This document shows positions 54,301 through 62,349 of a DNA stretch of 64,000 bases, piece by piece. Source of the stretch: Squalus acanthias (taxonomy: Eukaryota); the NCBI GenBank assembly GCA_030390025.1, contig CM059434.1:95108001-95172000 (forward strand), read 5' to 3'. Numbering within the stretch: the first letter of the stretch is position 1; every line of letters begins with the position of its first letter. The position numbers and the translations under genes were made by a program. The notes beneath the pieces were generated by a model that worked only from the letters and a program-made list of their open reading frames with translations, did no database searches and was not told the origin of the DNA.

Positions 54301-57300
54301 CACCAGTGTGCTTTTCTCCAATTCAGCTTTCAGGCAATGCCAGTCCATTAATTCAGTCTTGCAGACCCTTGCTATTGTTGGGAAATGGTTGAAAACTTAG
54401 ACATCTGAATCTGCAATTAATTTTTTCAACATCATTTGTGCAGAAAGTGTAATTAAATAATCTTATGGAGGAACGCTACAGGAATACTATAGGAATTTAC
54501 GTTATAATGTTGTGGTTTTGATTAATTTTGTTGTTCTTCAGAAGGAATCACCACAACAGTGAAAGCAACTACAACCGGGTCCACTACTGGCTCCACACCG
54601 GGTGAGTGAGGGCTTCTTTCGATATCCAGTAGCAAGACCAGTGACACAAGTTATCTTGTTGCAACAACTCCCAGACAGTGGAAGTACATTACTTCACTCC
54701 TTGTAGAAATTTAGCCCAATCCTTTCAGAGGGAAATGGTTGACAACTTAACTATATGGATAAACCTAGATCAGAGGCTGTGGTGAGGAGAAAAGCTGTGT
54801 CCATGTTTGTGCCACCTCTGTCTCTCTTAGTCTCAGCTTAATCACCAACATTTACTCAGATTTTTGACAGTATATCTATGACTTTTGAATGAAACGTATA
54901 ATTTGCATTTCATGTTAATGGTGGTATTGTTTCAAATTCCAGGGACTGGATTTTACCTTTTGGTGCAGACTAGGGGCGGGACAGCTTCCTTACGGGTTCC
55001 GATCCCACCCCCAATGACGTCCGACGCACAGACGCTATTTTGCATCAATTGACCTTGTTAAGCCCGCCCTGCGGGCTTGCCAGCCAATTAAGAGAAAGCC
55101 GGTGTCAGATGACGTCAGTTGATGATGCATCATCTGCTGGTTTTCTTAAAGGGGCCACACTCAATTTTTTTTGACAGGTGATTTTTCAGTGTTTGACAGC
55201 ATTGAGGTGCTGCAAACACTGACAATCACTGTACAAAGGTGAGCCCTTGCACCCAGACCCTCCAGTGACTCCCTCCTTAGGCTAGAACAGATGGCAGCTA
55301 CAGGTGAGGTTACAGAAGCGATCTGTCACTGGTGAGAGAGGTTATCCCAATGAGGTGGGACTACACAAACACTTCAAAACTTATTACCTACAGAAAAGAC
55401 TAACTACATTAAAAATGATTTTCCCAACATTTTCTTACCTCTGAAACTCACCAGTGTACCATTGGATCCTTCACACCACTTCTGCTGCTGTCATCAATGA
55501 AGAAACATTACAGTAGACCCACAGCACGCGACACTAACCCTGGCATGGTGTCCGGATGTCGGGAAGCCTGCAGTAGACCTGGCAAAATTGGAAAAAGCCT
55601 CTTAACTGCCTGTTAACATCCTGTTAACAAGCAGTTAAGTACCTATAATCTTCTTCCCACCGCGAGATGTCGGGTCCATGCGCAATTCGAGGACCCGACA
55701 CCTGGGAAGATTGTTTGGAGGCGGGTCGACAGCGAATTTCTGACCCGGTCAATCTTTGCGATTTTGCTGGATGTCCCACCTCCAAACCGCCCCCTGAGCG
55801 CCGGCAAAATTCCGGCCCAATAGAATCATTATCAAATATTGTCAAAGGATGTTCCCCTTGACCATGCTGTGGTTGTTACTATTCTTGCTTTTCATCCTTT
55901 GTCCAGTACTTTGATGTAGTTCTTTTGGTACACAACGAATTATGCAAATATTGTCTTGCCATTAGTTCAGTCTTGGAGAGCCTTTCTTTCCGGTGAAAAT
56001 GGTTGAAAACTTAGACATCTACAGTTAGTTTTTTCAACATCACTTGTGCAGAAAGGGTAATTAAATAGTCTTATGGTGGAACGCTACATGAATACTATAG
56101 GAATTTACGTTGAGGTGAGTTGTTTTGATAAATTTTGTTGTTCTTCAGAAGGAATCACTACAACAGTGAAAGCAACTACAACCGGGTCCACTACTGGCTC
56201 CACACCGGGTGAGTGAGGGCTTCTTTCGATATACAGTAGCAAAACCAGTGACACATCTTGTTTCAACAGCTCCCAGACAGTGGAAGCCCATTACTTCACA
56301 CCTTGTAGATATTTAGCTCATTCCTTCCAGAAAGAAATGATTGACAACTTAACTATATGAATAAACCTAGATCAGAGGCTGTGCTGAGGAGAAATGCTGT
56401 GTCCATGTTTGTATCGCCTCTGTCTCTCTTAGTGTCTGCTTCCTCACCAACATTTATTCAACGTTTTGACAATATATATCTGACTTTTGAATGAAATGTA
56501 CAATTTGCATTTCATGTTGATGGTGGTATTGAGTATACTTTTAAATTCCAATAGAAGCATTATCAAATATTGTCAAAGGATGATCCCCTTGACATGTTGT
56601 GGTTTTTAATATTCTTCCCTTTTTGTCTATTGTGCAGTAACTTGAAATAGTTCTTTTGAAACACAACCAATTATGCAAATATTGTCTCGCCATTTTCATG
56701 TTTATGTTTGGTATTTTTACTTGACAAAGGAGAAAAAGTTGATCTAGTTAATAGCTGCAGTGAAACATTTTCCTCATTCTTTGCACTTTAGTATCAATAA
56801 AATACCCAACTGGTGAAACTCTCTCAATACTGCAGGATTTCAAGTTTGAGTGCTGTGGTTTTGACTTTTTATTTTTCTTCCGAAGTGACGACTCCACCAA
56901 AAGGGACAACAACCACACCTGTTATTGCTGACACTACTACACCGGGTAAGTGATGTCTTCTGGTGGAACTCTACAGGATTACTATAGGAATTTATGTTAA
57001 GGTCAATGTTCCCTCTACGTTTTTTTTGTACTGAGCAGGCCACGAACTCCTTTGACCACGACCTTTTTGTCTGTGGGCAAATTGTACAACAACAACTTTT
57101 ACAACAACATCTTTTACACCAACAACGGCAGCAGCATCAACCACATAAAAGCATAGATACAGTAATTCCATAATACCACCCCACCTTCTCAAATTGAGAC
57201 AATCAGACAAGGTTCTATACAAGTTTAACATAACCTCTCTGCTTTTGAATTCGATTCCTCTAAAAATGAACCCCAGTGCTTCATTTGCAATTTTATGGCT

Positions 57301-60300
57301 TTTTTAACCTGTGTTGCTACTTTAATGATTTGTGAATCTATACTCCTAGATCCCTTCGCACCTCTACTCCATTTAGTCTCTTATTTTCCAAGGAGTAGGT
57401 CGCCTCCTTATTCCTCCTACCAAAATGCACCACCTCGCACTTATCTGTATTGAAATTCGTTTGTCATTTACATGCCCATTCTGCAAGTTTGTTTAAGGTA
57501 AAATTAACCTCACTTTCCCATATTTTTTTTCCGGCTTTAAACAATTTTCCCGAATTAAAAAAAAAATTCTCATATTTTTGTGTCTGACAAAGGCAACCTT
57601 TGTTGCCCCCCAGGCGGTTTGAATTCTTCAGCAGACAGATGTGCGAATTGGGTTGGCCTGTAGAAAGTGAGGTGCCTCAACATTTCTAAAAATATAAACC
57701 CGACGCCAGAATTCTGATTTTCAAAATTAAGCTCCAATTTTCCCCACTTTTTAATGTGATTAAGGTTTTTATGAACTTTCATCAGCAACAAGACTAAAAC
57801 CATAAATCCACCCCGGTGCAATATTGGATTTAGTAAAAAGTAGCAAATAAAAGAAAGTTAAGCTTGTGTTATTCACTCTTCTTCCCTCTGCTAAAATGCT
57901 CCCTTGCTTCACCTAATGATTGAAAGCCTGATCTTACAAACCCATCTGCAGTAGGATCATTTTATTTTAAAAAGCGCATTCAGTACAGCTCAAAATTCGC
58001 ACAAACTCGTTTCCTCTCCTAAAACATGTCACTGACAGCAACAAAGTCCCATCTTTCTCACCTGTTGCAGGTAAAACTCGGCGGCTCACTCACCCGCAAC
58101 AGGTTTAATAAGATGAGGTACACCTGGTTATCTAGCGAGCTCTCCCACCGATTTTTAAATCTTCGTCCCCAGGCCCATGGAGGTGGTTGACTGCACTGAG
58201 TTGGCCCCGCTCAGACTGGCCCCAGGCCGCACTCAGACCGGCACTGCTCAGAAAAGGCCCCTGCTCCGATTTGCCCCGCATAGGAAAGGCCCCGCTTAGA
58301 CTGGCCCCGCGGAGTTTGTGTAAAACCGGCCCCGGAACCGTGGCGCCAAAGGAGAAGGAGAGAGACGCTGCCCTCATCACCATGGCAACCGGCTGAGCTC
58401 CGCTCCTCGACAGCTTCTGCCTGCAGCACCTGGAACTTCCCCGAGAGCAACACAACCAGCCCCCTCACTCACCCACCCACTCCCTCAGCGTGTGGCCACG
58501 GCTCCAACTCTTTTTCTCACGTTCCAATTGGGATTGGCTCTGAGGTCGCAAGACTCGTAAACAACTCAGTCTGCATTCCGGCCCCTCCCCCGCTCCGGCT
58601 GTCCCGGCCCCTCCCCGCTGTCCCGGCCCCTCCCCCGCTCCGGCTGTCCCGGCCCCTCCCCCGCTGTCCCGGCCCCTCCCCCGCTCCGGCTGTCCCGGCC
58701 CCTCCCCCGCTCCGGCTGTCCCGGCCCCTCCCCCGCTCCGGCTGTCCCGGCCCCTCCCCCGCTCCGGCTGTCCCGCTCTCTGCGCGCCATTTAATTTGAA
58801 GTGCGCACGAACTCAGGGACGTATGAGCAGCCGCGCACCTGTGGAGGGAACCGTGGTTAAGGTGTCGGGATTTTCATTATTTTTCTTGTTCTTCAGAAGG
58901 AATCACTACAACAGTGAAAGCAACTACAACCGGGTCCACACCGGGTGAGTGAGGGCTTTTTTCCATATCCAGTAGCAAGCTCAGTGACACAAGTTATCTT
59001 GTTTCAACAACTTCCAGACAGTGGAAGCCCATTACTTCACACCTTGTAGATATTTAGCCCATTCCTTTCAGAGAGAAATGGTTGAAAACTTAATGATTTG
59101 AATGAAGCTCGATCGGAGGCTGCGCCTGAGGAGAAATGCTGTGTCCATGTTTGTGCCACCTCTGTCTCTCTTAGTCTCGGCTTACTCACCAACTTTTACT
59201 CAACGTTTTGCCAAGCTTCTCTGACTTTTGAATGAAATGTACAATTTGCATTTCATGTTGATGGTGGTACTGTGCATACTTTGAAATTCCGATACAATCA
59301 TTATCAAATATCATCAAAGGATGTTCCCCATGACATTTTTTTATTCCTTCATGGGGTGTGGGTGTCGCTGACCAGGCCAGCATTTATTGCCCATTCCTAA
59401 ATGCCCTTGAGAAGGTGGTGGTGGTGAGCTGCCTTCTTGAACGACTGCAGTCCGTGTGGTGAATGTACTCCCACAGTGCTCTTAGGGAGCGAGTTCCAGG
59501 GTTTTGACCCAACGACTATGAAGTAACAGCCCTATATTTCCAAGTCAGGATGGTGTGCGACTTGGAGGGGAACTTGCAAGTGATGGTGTTCCCATGTGCC
59601 TGCTGTCCTTGTCCTTCTAGGTGGTAGAGGTCGCGGGTTTGGGAGGTGCTGTCGAAGAAGCCTTGGCGAGTTGCTGCAGTGCATCTTGTGGAACACACTG
59701 CAGCCACGGTACGCCAGTGGTGGAGGGAGTGAATGTTTAAGGGGCTGGATGGGGTGCCAATCAAGCAGGCTGTTTGTCCTGATTGGTGTTAAGCTTTTTG
59801 AGCATTGTTGGTGCTGCATTCATCCAGGCAAGTGGAAAGTATTCCATCACACTCCTGACTTGTGCCTTGTAGATGGTGGAAAGGCTTTGGGGAGTCAGGA
59901 GGTGAGACACTCGCCGCAGAATACCTAGCCTCTGACCTGCTCTTGTAGCCACGTTATTTATGTGGCTGGTCCAGTTAAGTTTCTGGTCGATGGTGACTCC
60001 CAGGATGTTGATGGTGGGTGATTCGGCGATGGTAATGCCATTGAATGTCAAGGGGCGGTGGTTAGACTCTCTCTTGTTGGAGGTGATCATTTCCTGGCAT
60101 TTTCTTCTTCACTATCAACCACACGGCCAATTGTTGGAGGTGATCATTTCCTGGCATTTTCTTCTTCACTATCAACCACACGGCCAATTTTTGTATCATC
60201 TGAAAACTTCTTAATCATGCTCCCTACATTGAAGTCTAAATCATTGATATATACCACAAAAAGCAAGGGACCCAGTACTGAGCCCGGCGGAACACCACTG

Positions 60301-61376
60301 GAAACAGCCTTCCAGTCACAAAAACACCTGTTGTCCATTACCCTTTGCTTCCTGCCACTGAGCCAACTTTGGATCCAACTTGCCACTTGCCCTTGGACCC
60401 ATGGGCTTTTACTTTTCTGACCAGTCTACCATGTGGGACTTTGTCAAAAGCCTTGCTAAAATCCATGTAGGCTGCATCAACCGTGCTACCGTCATCGACC
60501 CTTCTTGTTACCTCCTCAAAAAAATCAGTCAAGTTAGTCAGACATGATCTTCCCTTAACAAATCCATGCTGACTATCCTTGATTAATCCATGCCTTTCTA
60601 ACTGACGATTAATACTTTCCCTCAGAATTTTTTCCAATAATTTTCCCACTACCGAGGTTAGGCTGACTGGCTTGCAATTACTCAGTCTATCCCTTTCTCC
60701 CTTTTTAAACAATGGTATGTTCGCAGTCCTCCAATCCTTCGCCACCACTCCTGTAGCCAGAGAGGATTGGAAAATGACAGTCAGAGCCTCTGCTATTTCC
60801 TCCTTTCTTGGCAAAATGAGAAAAAAGTTAATCTAGTTATTGCTGTAATAAAAACCTTTCCTCATTTTTTTCTACTAAAGTATCAATAAAATAGCCTACT
60901 GGTGAAACTTTCAATACTGCAGGATTTGAAATTAGATTGCTGAGGTTTTTAATAATTCTTCTTCTTCAGAAGTGACGACTACAACAAAAGGGACGACAAC
61001 CACACCTGTTATTGCTGACACTACTACAACGGGTAAGTGATGTCTTCCTTCAATATACACCAGCTGGTCTGTTCAGACCAGTGTGCTTTTCTCCAATTCA
61101 GATTTCGGACATTGCCAGTCCATTAGTTCAGTCTTAGACCCTTCCTTTTAGGAGGAAATGTTTGAAAATTTGAAGATATCCAAATCTGCACTTAGTTTTT
61201 TCAACATCACTTTTGCAGCAAGAGCAATAAAATAGTCTTTTGGTGGAACACTACAGGAATACTATAGGAATTTACATTGTATTGTAGTGATTTTGATTCA
61301 TTTTCTTGTTCTTCAGAAGGAACCGCTACAACAGTGATAGTAACTGCAACCGGGTTCATTACTAGTTCCACACCGG
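269..61376 (+). CDS. Gel-forming mucin (MUC2/MUC5-like), internal PTS + CysD region; spliced, about 87 exons in window, partial at both ends
   Basis: Repeated short Thr-rich frames bounded by polypyrimidine-AG and G|GTAAGT or G|GTGAGT, all phase 1-1, join into one stop-free frame. They are interspersed with 10 CysD exons (WSPW...C.DYKIRVCC). The paralog cannot be assigned without the VWD domains. Confidence 0.9.
602..661 (+). CDS. PTS exon class B (60 nt, EGITTTVKATTTGSTTGSTP)
   Basis: ttcag|AAGGAATC...CCGG|gtgagt. Copies start at 602, 2915, 5233, 9253, 14534, 18551, 23833, 29349, 33368, 37386, 42668, 46688, 50708. Confidence 0.85.
1327..1389 (+). CDS. PTS exon class A' (63 nt, EVLTTTKGTTTTPII[V/T]DTTTP)
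   Basis: gttcag|AAGTGTTG...CCGG|gtaagt. Copies start at 1327, 3641, 5960, 9990, 15261, 19288, 24570, 30076, 34095, 38123, 43395, 47415. Confidence 0.85.
1671..1730 (+). CDS. PTS exon class B' (60 nt, EGITTTVKTTTTGSTTGSTP)
   Basis: cttcag|AAGG...CCGG|gtgagt. Copies start at 1671, 3985, 10334, 19632, 24914, 38467. Confidence 0.85.
1831..1993 (-). mobile_element. 5'-truncated CR1-like LINE 3' end (about 163 bp), copy 1
   Basis: The minus strand encodes the RT C-terminus IDRFLDKKGIKGYGE, then a 3'UTR stem (gggccgaatggcc) and a (TTCTATG)-like tail. The empty site ttcaccccttgtagat is at about 51975. Possible CTT duplication. Confidence 0.85.
4146..4308 (-). mobile_element. CR1-like 3' fragment copy 2
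   Basis: Same sequence and position in the B'-A intron. Confidence 0.85.
6257..7018. mobile_element. Non-autonomous TIR element (MITE, PIF/Harbinger-like), 762 bp, copy 1
   Basis: TIRs (G/A)GCCCAGAAATTAGGC and GCCTAATTTTTGGCCC, with a 3-bp TAT duplication. The empty site ggaatactataggaattt occurs in paralogous introns (e.g. 5171, 51764). GC-rich ends, AT-rich core. Confidence 0.85.
7073..7132 (+). CDS. PTS exon class B'' (60 nt, EGITTTVETTTTGSTTGSTP)
   Basis: ctacag|AAGG...CCGG|gtgagt, starting 55 nt after each MITE. Copies start at 7073, 12354, 16371, 21653, 27169, 31188, 35208, 40488, 44508, 48528. Confidence 0.85.
7650..7709 (+). CDS. PTS exon class C (60 nt, EVTTTTKGTTTTVSTASSTT)
   Basis: cttcag|AAGTG...ACTG|gtaagt, always the exon before CysD. 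Copies start at 7650, 12931, 16948, 22230, 27746, 31765, 35784, 41065, 45085, 49105. Confidence 0.85.
8327..8668 (+). CDS. Mucin CysD (Mucin2_WxxW) exon, copy 1
   Basis: ttacag|AG GTC...TCT G|gtaaat, 342 nt. Translates EVVCHGEWSPWFN...GDSE...CDKDTGLTC...CFDYKIRVCC followed by a Thr tail, matching the CysD motif pattern. Confidence 0.93.
8906..8965 (+). CDS. PTS exon class D (60 nt, VATTTTETTTTPGIADTTTT)
   Basis: ttcacaag|TG...ACGG|gtaagt, always the exon after CysD. Copies start at 8906, 14187, 18204, 23486, 29002, 33021, 37039, 42321, 46341, 50361. The acceptor is AAG only, with an in-frame internal CAG 18 nt downstream. Confidence 0.7.
10495..10657 (-). mobile_element. CR1-like 3' fragment copy 3
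   Basis: Same sequence and position in the B'-A intron. Confidence 0.85.
11538..12299. mobile_element. MITE copy 2
   Basis: Same TIR, TSD and site as copy 1. Confidence 0.85.
13608..13949 (+). CDS. CysD exon copy 2
   Basis: Same translation and splice sites as copy 1. Confidence 0.93.
15556..16316. mobile_element. MITE copy 3
   Basis: Same TIR, TSD and site as copy 1. Confidence 0.85.
17625..17966 (+). CDS. CysD exon copy 3
   Basis: Same translation and splice sites as copy 1. Confidence 0.93.
19793..19955 (-). mobile_element. CR1-like 3' fragment copy 4
   Basis: Same sequence and position in the B'-A intron. Confidence 0.85.
20837..21598. mobile_element. MITE copy 4
   Basis: Same TIR, TSD and site as copy 1. 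Confidence 0.85.
22907..23248 (+). CDS. CysD exon copy 4
   Basis: Same translation and splice sites as copy 1. Confidence 0.93.
25075..25237 (-). mobile_element. CR1-like 3' fragment copy 5
   Basis: Same sequence and position in the B'-A intron. Confidence 0.85.
25914..26135. mobile_element. Short palindromic Penelope-like insertion (222 bp)
   Basis: 12-bp TSD TTCAATATACAC (25902-25913 and 26136-26147). Perfect 94-bp inverted repeat (25946-26039 and 26043-26136). It accounts exactly for the extra 234 bp of this unit and contains a hammerhead core. Confidence 0.85.
26041..26080 (+). ncRNA. Minimal type I hammerhead ribozyme motif
   Basis: CAC-CUGAGGA-A-GGAGC(aaucgaua)GCUCC-GAAA-GC-UU-GUG: conserved core, helix II, palindromic AGCU helix III and a 3-bp helix I. 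Confidence 0.7.
26353..27114. mobile_element. MITE copy 5
   Basis: Same TIR, TSD and site as copy 1. Confidence 0.85.
28423..28764 (+). CDS. CysD exon copy 5
   Basis: Same translation and splice sites as copy 1. Confidence 0.93.
30373..31133. mobile_element. MITE copy 6
   Basis: Same TIR, TSD and site as copy 1. Confidence 0.85.
32442..32783 (+). CDS. CysD exon copy 6
   Basis: Same translation and splice sites as copy 1. Confidence 0.93.
34392..35153. mobile_element. MITE copy 7
   Basis: Same TIR, TSD and site as copy 1. Confidence 0.85.
36460..36801 (+). CDS. CysD exon copy 7
   Basis: Same translation and splice sites as copy 1. Confidence 0.93.
38628..38790 (-). mobile_element. CR1-like 3' fragment copy 6
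   Basis: Same sequence and position in the B'-A intron. Confidence 0.85.
39672..40433. mobile_element. MITE copy 8
   Basis: Same TIR, TSD and site as copy 1. Confidence 0.85.
41742..42083 (+). CDS. CysD exon copy 8
   Basis: Same translation and splice sites as copy 1. Confidence 0.93.
43692..44453. mobile_element. MITE copy 9
   Basis: Same TIR, TSD and site as copy 1, with a few private substitutions. Confidence 0.85.
45762..46103 (+). CDS. CysD exon copy 9
   Basis: Same translation and splice sites as copy 1. Confidence 0.93.
47712..48473. mobile_element. MITE copy 10
   Basis: Same TIR, TSD and site as copy 1. Confidence 0.85.
49782..50123 (+). CDS. CysD exon copy 10
   Basis: Same protein as copy 1, with one synonymous CTC>CTA change at 49999. 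Confidence 0.93.
51042..51276. mobile_element. Second palindromic Penelope-like insertion, different family
   Basis: 13-bp TSD CAATTATATAAAT (51029-51041 and 51277-51289). Imperfect inverted repeat of about 100 bp (51038-51244) plus a short tail, with a hammerhead core. Confidence 0.85.
51144..51182 (+). ncRNA. Minimal type I hammerhead ribozyme motif
   Basis: CAGUU-CUGACGA-A-GGGUC(auc)GACCU-GAAAC-GUU-AACUG: intact core, 5-bp helix I and palindromic ACGU helix III. Confidence 0.8.
51489..51548 (+). CDS. Diverged A-type PTS exon
   Basis: ttccaaag|TG ACG ACT CCA CCA AAA...CCGG|gtaagt, 60 nt. Confidence 0.65.
51825..51881 (+). CDS. Diverged B-type PTS exon (57 nt, one codon deleted)
   Basis: cttcag|AAGGAATCACAACAGTG...CCGG|gtgagt. 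Confidence 0.8.
52493..54146 (+). mobile_element. 5'-truncated CR1-type LINE, decayed RT ORF2, composite 3' end
   Basis: RT motifs QHGF, LDFQKAFDKVPH, GVPQGSVLGP and KFADDTK, with a stop at 53060-53062 and a frameshift near 53340. AGTT duplication at 52489-52492 and 54147-54150. Two successive CR1 3' tails. Confidence 0.93.
53748..53905 (+). mobile_element. SINE core fragment nested in the CR1 3' end
   Basis: gggttaggttgatttggctatgataaattgacccttagtgt resembles, from memory, the V-SINE/HE1-type core. It interrupts the CR1 after KGIKGYG and is followed by G-rich tandem subrepeats. Confidence 0.55.
54198..54257 (+). CDS. Diverged A-type PTS exon
   Basis: ttccgaag|TG...CCGG|gtaagt, 60 nt. Confidence 0.65.
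54542..54601 (+). CDS. Diverged B-type PTS exon
   Basis: cttcag|AAGG...CCGG|gtgagt, 60 nt. Confidence 0.8.
54942..55818 (+). mobile_element. Non-autonomous Harbinger-like TIR element
   Basis: Imperfect TIRs GGGACTGGATTTTACC and GGCAAAATTCCGGCCC interrupt the intron motif aaattccaatagaatc. 55040-55270 is homologous, inverted, to 63780-64000. Confidence 0.75.
56149..56208 (+). CDS. Diverged B-type PTS exon
   Basis: cttcag|AAGG...CCGG|gtgagt, 60 nt. Confidence 0.8.
56886..56945 (+). CDS. Diverged A-type PTS exon
   Basis: ttccgaag|TG...CCGG|gtaagt, 60 nt. Confidence 0.65.
57205..57492 (-). mobile_element. Internal CR1 ORF2 fragment inside the hAT-like element
   Basis: caaggttctatacaagtttaacataacc...caaaatgcaccacctcgcacttatc is the reverse complement of the CR1 region homologous to 53020-53300 and adjoins the sequence seen at 62320-62349. 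Confidence 0.75.
58578..58775. repeat. GC-rich minisatellite, 26-bp unit CCGGCCCCTCCCCCGCTCCGGCTGTC, about 8 units
   Basis: Direct reading; two units are shortened to 19-20 bp. Confidence 0.92.
58897..58944 (+). CDS. Diverged B-type PTS exon (48 nt, four codons deleted)
   Basis: cttcag|AAGG...GGGTCCACACCGG|gtgagt; in-frame 12-nt loss between TCCAC repeats. Confidence 0.78.
59336..60098 (-). mobile_element. LINE 3' part (CR1/L2-group, second family), decayed
   Basis: Minus-strand ORF ILGVTIDQKLNWTSHINNVATRAGQRLGILRR...IYKAQVRSVMEY is typical of the post-RT region; A-rich end at about 59336. Confidence 0.85.
60074..60187. repeat. 57-bp perfect tandem duplication
   Basis: ttgttggaggtgatc...acacggccaa at 60074-60130 and 60131-60187. 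Confidence 0.93.
60100..60808 (-). mobile_element. CR1 LINE RT fragment, frameshifted
   Basis: Minus-strand ORFs with PVSLTSVVGKLLE, QHGF, DFSKAFDKVPH, GVPPGSVLGPLLF and KFSDDTKIG. Confidence 0.92.
60970..61032 (+). CDS. Diverged A-type PTS exon (63 nt)
   Basis: cttcag|AAGTGACG...ACGG|gtaagt. Confidence 0.8.
61317..61376 (+). CDS. Diverged B-type PTS exon (EGTATTVIVTATGFITSSTP)
   Basis: cttcag|AAGG...CCGG|gtgagt, 60 nt. Confidence 0.78.
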
Positions 61377-61751
61377 GTGAGTGAGGGCTTCTTTCGACAT
61401 ACAGTAGCAAGACCAGTGACACAAATTATCTTGTTGCAACAACTCCCAGACAGTGGAAGTCCATTATTTCACCCCTTGTAGATATTTAGCCCAATCCTTT
61501 CAGAGGGAAATGGTTAAAAACTTAACCACTTGAATGAAGCTAGCTCAGAGACTGTGCCTCAGGAGATATACTGTGTCCACGTTTGTGCCACCTCTGTCTC
61601 TCTTAGTCTCTACTTGTTCACCAACCTTTACTCAACATTTTTTAAATATTGTCCTGATATTTGAATGAAAGGTAAAATTTGCATTTTGTGTTGATGGTGG
61701 TAGTACTCTGCATTTTTTCCAATTCCAAGAGAATCATTATCAAATATTATA

Positions 61752-62349
61752 TACATAGAATTACATAGAATATACAGCACAGAAACAGGCCATTCGGCCC
61801 AACCAGTCCTTGCCAGCGTTTATTCTCCACTTGAGCCTCCTCCCGTCTTTCCTCATCTAAATCTATCAGCATAACCCTCTATTCCCTTCTCCCTCATATG
61901 CTTGTCTAGCCTCCCCTTAAATGCATCTATATTATTCGCTTCAACCACTCCCTGTGGTAGCGAGTTCCACATTCTTACCACTCTCTGGGTAAAGAAGTTT
62001 CTTCTGAATTCCCTATTTGTGTTCCTGGTGACTATCTTATATTGATGGCCTCTAGTTTTGCTTTTCCGCAGAAGTGGAAACACTCTCCGTCTGTCTACTC
62101 TATCAAAACTTTTCATAATTTTAAAGCCCTCTATTAGATCACCCCTCAGCCTTCTCTTTTCAAGAGAAAAGAGACCCAGCCTGTTCATCCTTTCCTGATG
62201 GGTTTAACCTCGCATTTCTGGTATCGTCCTTGTAAATCTTTTTTGCTCCCTCTCCAGTGCCTCTATATCCTTTTTATAATATGGTGACCAGAATTGTATG
62301 CAGTACTCCAAGTGTGTCTAGCCAAGGTTCAATACAAGTTTAACACAAC
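61752..62349 (-). mobile_element. CR1 LINE 3' end
   Basis: Minus-strand ORF LGLFSLEKRRLRGDLIE...RNFFTQRVVRMWNSLP, followed by a 3' stem and a ttctatgta tail. Confidence 0.92.

Larger units (their letters stand above)
57004..58855. mobile_element. hAT-like non-autonomous element with composite interior
   Basis: 8-bp TSD GTTAAGGT (56996-57003 and 58856-58863). TIRs CAATGTTCCCTCTA and TGGAGGGAACCGTG match at 11/14. Confidence 0.8.

Noticed and set aside
57084-57149. Thr-rich frame (CTTTTFTTTSFTPTTAAASTT-stop) as an extra or terminal mucin exon
   Set aside because: It has no in-frame acceptor or donor, lies inside the hAT-like element, and is best explained as an (ACA)n low-complexity tract.
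58566-58790. Gly/Arg-rich 74-aa ORF
   Set aside because: It is a translation of the 26-bp minisatellite.
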